This document shows, one piece after another, positions 39,300 to 47,672 of a stretch of 64,000 nt of DNA. Source of the DNA: an uncultured Alphaproteobacteria bacterium (GTDB taxonomy: Bacteria; Pseudomonadota; Alphaproteobacteria; Rs-D84); the NCBI GenBank assembly GCA_964017835.1, contig CAXHMP010000001.1:9820-73819 (forward strand), given 5' to 3'. A program made the position numbers and the translations under genes. A model generated the notes under the pieces. That model worked only from the letters and a program-made list of their open reading frames with translations, searched no databases and was not told the DNA's origin. The stretch's first letter is position 1, and the number at the start of each line of letters is the position of its first letter.

Positions 39300-39708
39300 C
39301 GGTTATTACAGGTTTTTTCCGGATGGCCCTATGGATATATCTCTTGCCAGGGAAAAGGGGCTGGATTTACTGCCCTATAATGGATTTTATACCTTTCCGG
39401 CCTTGATTTCTGCACCGACATATTCATTAGTTGGAAGAGAGTCAGCGGTTGCACAGTATGCTGGCGACCCTGTTGACGTCATGGGGGTAAACAAATGGGT
39501 TTATTCATTGTCGGCTAAAAAAATAGTGCCGGCCGGAAGCGTTGGGGCGCAAGCAGACATATCATCTGACGGGACGCGGATAATTAGCATAGGTATCCCT
39601 CAGGCGGGTGCAATGATTGGCAAGTCCGGTCGATTAAAATCATGCGTCATTTCATGGAAACCAGAAAACGGTATTTGTGTCATTCAGGGGGTGGAGTTGT
39701 GGACATAA
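39280..39708 (+). CDS. Hypothetical tail/baseplate protein
   Basis: ORF 39250..39708, with the start trimmed to an internal Met. Confidence 0.25.
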   Translation: MRIYITNGYYRFFPDGPMDISLAREKGLDLLPYNGFYTFPALISAPTYSLVGRESAVAQYAGDPVDVMGVNKWVYSLSAKKIVPAGSVGAQADISSDGTRIISIGIPQAGAMIGKSGRLKSCVISWKPENGICVIQGVELWT

Positions 39709-40061
39709 TAAAAGCAAAAGCGCAATCGGGGAATGTTCAGTCAGATGACGGTTTTGTCATTACCGCATATGTTGCCGGAGCAGGCAAAGGCGAATCTGAC
39801 GGTGTGGCGATATTGGATAAAGACAAATGCGTCTACTTTCCATTAAATGCCTGGCAAGACTTGCTAAGTGTTATAAATGGCCTGGTGGGGTTATGTGACA
39901 GCCTTGCTGAAAATATTGAAAATGCAATCGTCGGGGCTGTGACAAATGGCTCACAAACAACGCAAACGGTCACGTCGGCAGGCCCTGGATTGGCGACGTT
40001 TAAAAACGCGGTTACAAAAATTAAAAACGATATGGATAAATTGAAAAAGGAACTTAAATGA
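39642..40061 (+). CDS. Hypothetical tail/baseplate protein
   Basis: The start probably lies downstream of 39642 (a GTG near 39690). Confidence 0.25.
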   Translation: MRHFMETRKRYLCHSGGGVVDIIKAKAQSGNVQSDDGFVITAYVAGAGKGESDGVAILDKDKCVYFPLNAWQDLLSVINGLVGLCDSLAENIENAIVGAVTNGSQTTQTVTSAGPGLATFKNAVTKIKNDMDKLKKELK

Positions 40062-40342
40062 TTGATATCAAGTCCCTGGGGCCAGACGTAAAAAAAGACA
40101 ATGACGGCGACAAATACAAGGCAATAAATTTATTGTCTGTTCAACTGCAAGATAAAAACTATGCGCCAGATTTTGGCGTTGACTTGGATTTTTTTATCAA
40201 CAGCGATTATCAAATAAGTCCGGTGACGTTCGTTACACACCTTATGAAAAGACTGACCGACCATTCAATATCAGTTAAACAGGTCCAAAATCAAATTGAT
40301 GATTTTATCGCGGATGTCGCAATCAATATAGAGGATAAATAA
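40058..40342 (+). CDS. Hypothetical baseplate protein
   Basis: Coupled ORF. Confidence 0.25.
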   Translation: MIDIKSLGPDVKKDNDGDKYKAINLLSVQLQDKNYAPDFGVDLDFFINSDYQISPVTFVTHLMKRLTDHSISVKQVQNQIDDFIADVAINIEDK

Positions 40343-40344
40343 AA

Positions 40345-41151
40345 ATGCCATACAATTCCAAAACCGGGTATGTCCCACATACATTTGACGAATGGATGTT
40401 TAATCAATTTATGCCACAAATCAATAAAAGATATAAAACGTCATATACCGCAGAAACGTTTGTCGGCACGCAGTGGTATGATATTTTATATCCGTTGGTC
40501 CAGGGGCTGATGGAGGGTGACGCTGAATTCGCAGATGTGTGGGTAAAATTGACTGAGTTTTTCGACCAGGTAAATGCACGCATGAATAACCCCGCCAGTG
40601 TCCCCGACGGGATAATCGAACAATTTGAACGCATGGGTATAGTTGCATCATTGCGACCGGTCTCGGCGGAAACAGCGGGAAAAATAGGGGTTTGCGTGTT
40701 TGCTGACACGTCAAGCCAGGCAATGCAGGCAAAAATAACCCAGGTCCTGACGGATTGTGTTGTCGGTGGCGTTTGGCCGGACGGCGATAAAAGCGCGACC
40801 GCAATTTTAAATAATGGACAACAAATTACCTGGCGGTGGTATGAGCCGACAGATAAGACATTAGATTTGCGTCTACGCGTTTATTACGTAAACAGTCACG
40901 GCAAATCATTGCCAACAGCGGACGATATTACCCAGGATTTGCGAAAAAAAATAGGTCAGCGTTATCGTTATGGCATGCCCTTTGTGCCCGAGCAAATGTA
41001 TCAGACGGCTGTCGATGCGTCGTATGCTGTTAAATTAAAATTAGAATGGTCGGAAGACGGCGGCACGACATGGTCTGGCGAAATTTTATCGGCCACATTT
41101 AATCAAAAGCTGATTTTTTCAAATATAAATGTTTTGTTCGAGGCGGTATAA
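40345..41151 (+). CDS. Baseplate-like structural protein
   Basis: 268-aa ORF in the tail module. Confidence 0.3.
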   Translation: MPYNSKTGYVPHTFDEWMFNQFMPQINKRYKTSYTAETFVGTQWYDILYPLVQGLMEGDAEFADVWVKLTEFFDQVNARMNNPASVPDGIIEQFERMGIVASLRPVSAETAGKIGVCVFADTSSQAMQAKITQVLTDCVVGGVWPDGDKSATAILNNGQQITWRWYEPTDKTLDLRLRVYYVNSHGKSLPTADDITQDLRKKIGQRYRYGMPFVPEQMYQTAVDASYAVKLKLEWSEDGGTTWSGEILSATFNQKLIFSNINVLFEAV

Positions 41152-41691
41152 ATGGTCCAAATTCTAAATAATAAAGACGGGGCGGTAGGTAAAGAGTTTT
41201 GGGATGTCCATAAGCCTATTTTTCAAAGCCGAGCCGCCGCATTGGCGACATTTAAAAATGCCCCGCATCGTATTCAAAATTTTTTAGAAATAGCCCAGCA
41301 GTATTCCGATATCGGCGGATACCTGAGCAAAGACCAGTGGTTTCGGGTGGCAGAATATATATTTGGCAATGGCCGCCGCATAGGCACGTTAAATTTTTAT
41401 ATCGATATATTTAAACTGATTTTTGGAAATAACGCCGACATCGAGTTTAATATATCAACACCGTCGCCAGGGATGCTGGAAATAACGATTACTTATGCCG
41501 GCGGCGGGTTATATAAGCGCGTCGTTGATACGCGTGAGCCGCGCGTTGTTGATTCCGGGGATGAGCGTGTCGTTTCAATAATCGATAACATCATAACCGT
41601 TGAGAATATTCGGGGCTTGCTTTCAAAAATAGTTCCCAGCGGCATATTTGCCAAAGTATCAATAAAAGCAGTTTCAGGAGTTCAGAAATGA
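41152..41691 (+). CDS. Hypothetical tail protein
   Basis: Coupled ORF. Confidence 0.3.
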   Translation: MVQILNNKDGAVGKEFWDVHKPIFQSRAAALATFKNAPHRIQNFLEIAQQYSDIGGYLSKDQWFRVAEYIFGNGRRIGTLNFYIDIFKLIFGNNADIEFNISTPSPGMLEITITYAGGGLYKRVVDTREPRVVDSGDERVVSIIDNIITVENIRGLLSKIVPSGIFAKVSIKAVSGVQK

Positions 41692-42017
41692 GTAAAAAAA
41701 TTAGTGAATTGCAATCGCTTGAACAAGGGCAGATTGAGGGGGCAATGGAGTTTGAGATTGAACAAGAAGGGGTATCCTATAAAGTTTCTCTCGCTTTGTT
41801 GATTGCTTTTTTGGGAACGTATTTTATGGCGGCAAAAAAAGAATCTGCCCTGATGCCCAAAAGTGGCGGCGAGTTTGTTGGTCCTGTGATACACAAAGAC
41901 GAAAATCCTACGGAATTGTTTGCTGGGCGTAACATTAAAGCAATCCCCGCGGCCAATGACCCTGGAACAGGGGCGCCGTTGGCCACCGGTCGTGTTTTGC
42001 TGACTTATGAAGAATAA
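41688..42017 (+). CDS. Hypothetical tail protein
   Basis: Coupled ORF. Confidence 0.25.
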   Translation: MSKKISELQSLEQGQIEGAMEFEIEQEGVSYKVSLALLIAFLGTYFMAAKKESALMPKSGGEFVGPVIHKDENPTELFAGRNIKAIPAANDPGTGAPLATGRVLLTYEE

Positions 42018-42028
42018 AAAGGGACATT

Positions 42029-42748
42029 ATGAGCATCTATCTGGGAAACGACGATGGTAAGAGCCGAAAGGTCAAATCTGCTTATTATGGCGTGAATAAC
42101 GTCGCAAAGCGTATAAAACATGGTTACATCGGAGTTGATGGCGTTGCCCGATTGTTTTATAGCGGTGACCCGGTTCTGATTTTTGAACAGTCAACCCCCG
42201 GAATATATACCCAGTCATGGGGGCCAGGACTGTATTTAATAACGGAAATTGGCGGCGGTGCGTCGGGTATGGTTATGGCTTCGTCTGGTAAGGGATTTCG
42301 GTTTCAGGGTGGCTGTGCGGGAACATTGCAGGCAATCGTCCGCGTAAGCCAATCGTGCACAGTAAAATTGACTGTTGGGGCTGGTGGAGCAAAAGCGTCT
42401 GCCGGCACGATGACGGCGGGTGGTGATTCACGAATTGACGGAATATCTGACGCGGTGCTGATTGCCGGCGGGGGAAAAACGGACATAGATGCGGCTGCCG
42501 TGGTTGGCGGCAGTGTTGGCGATAACCAGGTCAGTGGAACAGCCATTCAAAGTGTGGCAATCAACAATCCGACCACCATTAGAGGTGGGGCACAGTCCTA
42601 TACAATCAAGCCTGGTGGTTCGATTCCAGCATGGCGCGACACATACGAAAAAAAGAATACAAACTGGCCCGAAGACCCGTTACGCGGTAAAGGCGGCGGT
42701 CCAAATGCGGATGGCGAAAGTGGCTTTATCAGAGTGTTAAAAATATAG
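42029..42748 (+). CDS. Gly-rich tail fiber-associated protein
   Basis: Gly-rich repeats (GGGASG, GAGGAKASAG). Confidence 0.35.
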   Translation: MSIYLGNDDGKSRKVKSAYYGVNNVAKRIKHGYIGVDGVARLFYSGDPVLIFEQSTPGIYTQSWGPGLYLITEIGGGASGMVMASSGKGFRFQGGCAGTLQAIVRVSQSCTVKLTVGAGGAKASAGTMTAGGDSRIDGISDAVLIAGGGKTDIDAAAVVGGSVGDNQVSGTAIQSVAINNPTTIRGGAQSYTIKPGGSIPAWRDTYEKKNTNWPEDPLRGKGGGPNADGESGFIRVLKI

Positions 42749-42762
42749 CGAGGTGGTGACAA

Positions 42763-44892
42763 ATGTCCCAAAAAACAAATCAAGTAAAAATTATTCGTCA
42801 GAATAAATGGTTTCGTTTGTGGATTGACCCTCGCAATTTTAATCCAAACGACCCACTGTCTTTTGAACACGGATTCGACATCTCGTTGTCCGTTGATTTT
42901 GACAATGACACATTGGCAAAAAATAACTATAACCGTTATGAAATAGCCCCACAGGCGTTTTCTATAAAAGAAAACATCGTCAAGTTCAAGACCGGTCAAA
43001 CAATGCCGTTTAAAGCATTTTGGTCTGAGTGTCTGAATAAAATCAACGGTCTCATTTCCAGCGTTGGCATAAATTCAGGCGAAATAATGGCCGAACAGGC
43101 CCGCGCGACTGATGCAGAAAAAGTCTTACGGGCGGGGATTGCCGCACTGGAAAAGGCGATAATCAGTAAAATAACATTGCCCAGCGCCATTTATTCGGTA
43201 GAACTGGAAAACCGACCCGAGGTTGTAAATATCAAAGTCAAATCCCGTGAAACAGATAAAGGCCAGGATACAACTGTTATTTTTCCGTTTCCAGTCGCGA
43301 ATGGCGAACATATCGGTTTGATGAATCCGGAAACGTTTCGCACTGTCACAGAACACGAAAAGCGCCTGGCGGCAATAGAGGGTCGCGCCGAACGCTGGCC
43401 GGTTAGACTGCCGGCGATGGACGTTTCACAGGCGCAATATCAGGCGGCCTATGAACAGGCGGCTAGGGTGTCTGCCGGCACGATTCCGCCAGACGGAACA
43501 ATGTTAGATAATCTGACGAATAACCACCTGATAAAATATTATAGCAATGCGCCAGCTGGCAGTTCGGAACATTGGATTGACCGCGGGGAGGATACCGTCG
43601 GTCAGGCATCAAACGATACAGCCGGGATTGTAAAAGGCGACGCGATTACACCGGGAAAGATATTTGTTGAGAGCGACGGCTCAATGTCCGTCAATGGGTG
43701 GGATTCAGCCATTGCTGAGGTAAGAGCCGCGGCGGAAAACGCTGCTGAGCATGCGACTTTTGCAAAAAAAGATGCTGATGCCGCGGCGGCCAGTTCGGTC
43801 GCCGCAGAAGAAAACGCCGCGCGTGCGATAAACGCGGCCGATGTCGCCGCCTCCGCAGACATTGCGGCCCGCGTCGCGGCGGAAAATGCCGCAGAAAGCG
43901 AGGGCGTCGCCAAACAAGCATCAGATACGGCTTGCGATTGGGCGACAAAAATGAACGGTCCTGTCGCTGATGATGAATACAGCGCGAAACATTATGCGAC
44001 CAATGCGGCCGCGTCAGAGTCTGGGGCAAAGAGTTCAGAAAAAAATGCGTTTGATAGTGCAACCTCGGCGCACAATGAGGCACAGGCCGCCAGCGATTCC
44101 GCGACCAGCGCCGCCGCCAGTGCGGCCGCCGCGGAAGAATCTGCACAGAATACTCAGCAAAACGAACAGCTGTTACAAGGGCATGTTGAACAGGCTGCGG
44201 CGTCAGCCAAAACGGCGCAATCATCGGCGGCCAGCGCAACCAGTTCGGCAACGACCGCCACAAACAGCGCAAATGCGGCGACCGCGTCAGCCAATGACGC
44301 CGCCGGCTCTGCAAGCAACGCCAGAAAATCAGAATTGGCGGCCGGAGCTAGTGCATCTGCAGCTGATGCGTCATTGACGGCGGCAAATAAAAGTCAAGTA
44401 GCGGCGGCAAATTCTGCTGATAATGCCGCCAGTTCAGCGGCCAGCGCGTCTGATTCTGCCGATTTAGCGGCGGGGGCAGCGACCAGCGCGGAGCAATCAG
44501 CAATAAATGCTGCCGGCTCTGCCGCCAGTGCCGAAACCAGTGCCACAGCTGCCGATGCGGCAAAAGCCGCGGCCCAGGTCAGCCAACAGGCGGCGGCTGG
44601 CAGTGCCGCGTCAGCGGAACAAAACGCACATGCCCTGGATGTCGCGGTTGTAAATGCGGCGGCGTCTGCGCAGACGGCGGAAAGGTCTGCGGCCAGCGCG
44701 GCCGGTTCGGCCGTCGCTGTCGATGCGGTCAAGCAAGAGATGATTGATTTTGTAGAACAACAAAAATCTGAATTCGCCACAAAGGGCGACCTGGAAGAAC
44801 TTTACCGGAAAGCCTTCGGGCCTCAAGACTATGGGTCAATTCAAGACCCTGTTTTAGAAGCGGTGGATTTCGGGTCAATGGAGGTAAAATAA
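42763..44892 (+). CDS. Tail fiber protein with long Ala/Ser-rich repeat region
   Basis: 709 aa. Residues 330-650 are low-complexity A/S/N/E repeats typical of phage fibers. Confidence 0.6.
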   Translation: MSQKTNQVKIIRQNKWFRLWIDPRNFNPNDPLSFEHGFDISLSVDFDNDTLAKNNYNRYEIAPQAFSIKENIVKFKTGQTMPFKAFWSECLNKINGLISSVGINSGEIMAEQARATDAEKVLRAGIAALEKAIISKITLPSAIYSVELENRPEVVNIKVKSRETDKGQDTTVIFPFPVANGEHIGLMNPETFRTVTEHEKRLAAIEGRAERWPVRLPAMDVSQAQYQAAYEQAARVSAGTIPPDGTMLDNLTNNHLIKYYSNAPAGSSEHWIDRGEDTVGQASNDTAGIVKGDAITPGKIFVESDGSMSVNGWDSAIAEVRAAAENAAEHATFAKKDADAAAASSVAAEENAARAINAADVAASADIAARVAAENAAESEGVAKQASDTACDWATKMNGPVADDEYSAKHYATNAAASESGAKSSEKNAFDSATSAHNEAQAASDSATSAAASAAAAEESAQNTQQNEQLLQGHVEQAAASAKTAQSSAASATSSATTATNSANAATASANDAAGSASNARKSELAAGASASAADASLTAANKSQVAAANSADNAASSAASASDSADLAAGAATSAEQSAINAAGSAASAETSATAADAAKAAAQVSQQAAAGSAASAEQNAHALDVAVVNAAASAQTAERSAASAAGSAVAVDAVKQEMIDFVEQQKSEFATKGDLEELYRKAFGPQDYGSIQDPVLEAVDFGSMEVK

Positions 44893-44894
44893 AT

Positions 44895-45140
44895 ATGGCA
44901 CAACAAATTCAGTTGCGACGCGGAACAACAGACGAGCATGCAAATTTTACGGGCGCGCAAGGCGAGGTAACCGTTGACACGTTATTGAAATCATTGGTTG
45001 TCCACGACGGCGAAACACTTGGCGGATTTGTAACAGTAAATCTTGATATGCTCATTCGGCTGTTAAATGCTTTATGCTCGATGCAGGGGTGGAAGTGTCA
45101 GGACGGGGGTTTGGTGCTAGATTTTGGAGAAATGTCATGA
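44895..45140 (+). CDS. Short protein with the conserved phage tail-fiber N-terminal motif (MAQQIQLRRGT...)
   Basis: N-terminus matches the common tail-fiber N-terminal domain. Only 81 aa. Confidence 0.35.
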   Translation: MAQQIQLRRGTTDEHANFTGAQGEVTVDTLLKSLVVHDGETLGGFVTVNLDMLIRLLNALCSMQGWKCQDGGLVLDFGEMS

Positions 45141-45412
45141 TTATCGAAACCATAATTACGGCGGTTGTCGCGCCAACATTGCTGTTTGTATTCCAATCTA
45201 TAAAAGAAAATCGTCATGGCATAAAAAAAGATATTCGAGAAATTCGAATTTCGAATTTGCGACTTGAACTGCTAAATGCGATACAGCATAACCCGGACGA
45301 CGAGATAACGATTTTGGCCTTATATGATAAATACGTCAGCTTGGGCGGCAATTCGTATATCAAAGCATATGTTGCCCGCTGGAAAGAGGAACGGAGGTCA
45401 AAAAATGCTTAA
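45137..45412 (+). CDS. Small membrane protein (possible holin/antiholin)
   Basis: One N-terminal TM. Located at the start of the lysis cassette. Confidence 0.3.
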   Translation: MIIETIITAVVAPTLLFVFQSIKENRHGIKKDIREIRISNLRLELLNAIQHNPDDEITILALYDKYVSLGGNSYIKAYVARWKEERRSKNA

Positions 45413-45677
45413 ATTTATTAAAGGATTGTTCTTGGATGACGTCCAAGAACCCTGCGTCGGTCGAATGGCTCTTTTTGTCGGTTTAATATTGACAGCATAT
45501 ACGGCAACTGCACATCTTGAAACCGCTGGGGCTGTAAGTAAGGCTGAGGCCGTGGTGCGCTGTGCGCCCGGGATTATCGGTCTGCTGGCTTATTGTTTTT
45601 CGCGTTTAATGGAATGTAAAGAATTTGTCGCAGAGGTTGCGACAAAAATTGCCGGCCGACGCAAGATAAAAAAATAA
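45405..45677 (+). CDS. Holin (two-TM class)
   Basis: SD ggaggt. Two TM segments and a charged C-terminus. Confidence 0.5.
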   Translation: MLKFIKGLFLDDVQEPCVGRMALFVGLILTAYTATAHLETAGAVSKAEAVVRCAPGIIGLLAYCFSRLMECKEFVAEVATKIAGRRKIKK

Positions 45678-45686
45678 AGGCGGAGT

Positions 45687-45917
45687 ATGAGATATGGTAT
45701 TCTTTTTGCGGTTCTGTGTGGTTTGTGCGGGTATTTTATCGGACAGACGTATTATTCGCGCGGCAGGGCGGATTGTGAACATGAGCATATTATCACAAAT
45801 CAGGAATCGGTGGCGGCGGTTCAGCATGTCCAAGCAACGGTTGCGCGAGATGTTCTTATTACTGGGGTCGCTGACATTCGTCAGCGGTTGCGCGAAAAAT
45901 ACACCATTGCTGATTGA
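45687..45917 (+). CDS. i-spanin (Rz-like)
   Basis: N-terminal TM plus a periplasmic helical domain. Confidence 0.45.
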   Translation: MRYGILFAVLCGLCGYFIGQTYYSRGRADCEHEHIITNQESVAAVQHVQATVARDVLITGVADIRQRLREKYTIAD

Positions 45918-46038
45918 GCCGCCGTGTGCCCCCATATACGGCCATGTGTCTGATTGGGATGTCGTCAGTGACGACTTGGCCCGCAATATATACCGGCATA
46001 ATCTTTTATGCGAACAATTAAAAAAGGAAACTATATGA
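45826..46038 (+). CDS. o-spanin (Rz1-like lipoprotein) overlapping the i-spanin in the +1 frame
   Basis: Lipobox LTFVSGC. The ORF starts inside the Rz-like gene and extends beyond it. Confidence 0.5.
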   Translation: MSKQRLREMFLLLGSLTFVSGCAKNTPLLIEPPCAPIYGHVSDWDVVSDDLARNIYRHNLLCEQLKKETI

Positions 46039-46472
46039 GATTTACATTAAAAGAATGTCTAAACAAGTCTGAAGTTGAACCTGGTGAAATAACGCCAGAA
46101 ATCGCCCGCAATATGCGCGATTTGATTAAAAGGGTAAATTCCTTAGGATGTTCGTTTCCTCGTGCCTGCACGTCGTTTTTACGCGGAAAAGCCAAACAAG
46201 AGGCAATATACCGAAATCGCGCATGTTTGAAAATGCCACCGTTTACCGACGGCAATTTTGATATGTCGCAAGTTCCCATGTCATCAAGACATATGACCGG
46301 CCAGGCGATAGACGTTTGGGACGCGGACGGAAAATTGAAAGCCTGGATAAAGGATAATCCCGGCGCGTTGGAACATGCGGGGTTATGGTGTGAACATTTT
46401 GACAACACACCGGACTGGGTTCATTTTCAATCAGTTCCACCCCGGTCAGGCAAACGATTTTTTCATCCGTAA
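46035..46472 (+). CDS. Endolysin, peptidase M15 family
   Basis: SRHMTGQAIDVWD and DWVHFQ zinc-binding motifs. SD aaggaaa. Confidence 0.7.
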   Translation: MRFTLKECLNKSEVEPGEITPEIARNMRDLIKRVNSLGCSFPRACTSFLRGKAKQEAIYRNRACLKMPPFTDGNFDMSQVPMSSRHMTGQAIDVWDADGKLKAWIKDNPGALEHAGLWCEHFDNTPDWVHFQSVPPRSGKRFFHP

Positions 46473-46500
46473 AGAAACCCGCCAGGTGGCGGGTCTTTTT

Positions 46501-46887
46501 TTATGCGGCCAATGCGCGTCGCACGGCGGAATCAATAAAGCCAGAACGATTGCTTGTGATATTGTCTATTTTACACAAGATGTCCTCAGACAAAATGATG
46601 TTGATTCTTTTGTTTTTGGCTTTCAATGGCAATAAATCAACAATGCCAGCGGTAAATTCATAGTTCTCTTTCCACTCTTGCCAATCCGGCCATTCGGCTT
46701 TGATTTGTTCCAGTGTGCGGGGTTTTGGCATATTTTTCTCGCCGTCGGCATACAATGATAAGGCCTCATGCGCATTGCGCACGGCGTCATCAAAGTTGTC
46801 GCCGGCACTGGTCAGGCCCGGCAGGTCCGGAAACACAACGCCGACCGAATTTTCACCAAATTCAAATAAAGCAACGTATTTTTTCAT
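46501..46887 (-). CDS. hicB: HicB-family antitoxin
   Basis: RNase H-like N-terminal domain plus a C-terminal RHH (SRSGFIDSAVRRAL). Confidence 0.75.
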   Translation of the reverse strand: MKKYVALFEFGENSVGVVFPDLPGLTSAGDNFDDAVRNAHEALSLYADGEKNMPKPRTLEQIKAEWPDWQEWKENYEFTAGIVDLLPLKAKNKRINIILSEDILCKIDNITSNRSGFIDSAVRRALAA

Positions 46888-46914
46888 AACGAACTCCTTT
46901 TTTTGTGGCGGGGC

Positions 46915-47103
46915 TTATTTCAGCCCCGCTTGTTTTAATATTGCCGTCGCCGTTCCTTTTGGCAGGTCTTTGCGCGGGTGCGGTATTATGACCTGTCCAG
47001 GCTTTGACGGGTGTTTGTATTTGTGGTGACTGCCAGTCGTATTGACTAATTCCCACCCGTCTTTTTCTATCGCCTTTATCAAGTCTTTACTGCTGTAATT
47101 CAT
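46915..47103 (-). CDS. hicA: HicA-family mRNA interferase toxin
   Basis: GSHHKYKHP...VIIPHP...GTATAILKQAGL HicA signature. Confidence 0.8.
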   Translation of the reverse strand: MNYSSKDLIKAIEKDGWELVNTTGSHHKYKHPSKPGQVIIPHPRKDLPKGTATAILKQAGLK

Positions 47104-47304
47104 TTTTTACCTTTTTATTACAGACATATTATACACACGATTGTACACACAGTCAAGTAAAAAAACATAAAAAAATTAAAAAATGTGGCACAAAATATAG
47201 CACAAAAATTTTGTGCGCAATTTTTTATTAAAAAATAACTCTTGACTTTTGGCGGAAATACGGGCATTATCTCAAAAAGATGTGTGCGTAAAGGTGTAGC
47301 AATC

Positions 47305-47358
47305 CGCAACCTTGCCAAGGTTGAGGTCGAGGGTTCGAGCCCCTTTGCTCGCACCAAA
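47305..47358. repeat. attR: 3' 53 nt of tRNA-Gly duplicated
   Basis: Identical to 19528..19580. Confidence 0.85.
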
Positions 47359-47650
47359 GTTTAAAATCCCGTCGAAAGGCGGGATTTTTTTTACTGAGCA
47401 AGCGAGTAGAGCGTAGTTCAGTTGGCCAGCCGCGAACCTTGCCAAGGGGGAGCGCGAGGGTGCGCCGCCCCTTTGCGGCGGCCCAGAGTTTAAAATCCCG
47501 TCGAAAGGCGGGATTTTTTTTACTGAGCAAGCGAGTAGAGCGTAGTTCAGTTGGCCAGCCGCGACCTTGCCAAGGGGGAGCGCGAGGGTGCGCCGCCCCT
47601 TTGCGGCGGCCCAGAGTTTAAAATCCCGTCGAAAGGAGGAATTTTTTTAT
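47358..47650. repeat. Tandem array of about 128-bp units, each a degenerate tRNA-Gly(GCC)-like pseudo-tRNA plus a terminator hairpin
   Basis: Three copies of agtttaaaatcccgtcgaaaggcgggattttttttactgagcaagcgag and two pseudo-tRNA copies that retain CCTTGCCAAGG. Confidence 0.65.
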
Positions 47651-47672
47651 ATATGATGTTTTAAAATTCGAA

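Larger units (their letters stand above)
19528..47358. mobile_element. Integrated temperate prophage (about 27.8 kb, lambdoid-like mosaic) at tRNA-Gly
   Basis: Bounded by att direct repeats. An integrase lies next to the tRNA. Complete early, late and lysis modules are present. Confidence 0.85.

Noticed and set aside
43691-44780. Minus-strand ORFs of 128-207 aa inside the tail fiber gene
   Set aside because: They overlie the Ala/Ser repeat region, whose GCN/NGC repeats are open in all frames. They show no start-site signals.
47358-47650. Possibility that the tandem 128-bp units are a CRISPR array
   Set aside because: The units are contiguous direct repeats with no unique spacers. The repeat is a tRNA-derived pseudo-gene plus terminator, and there are no cas genes nearby.
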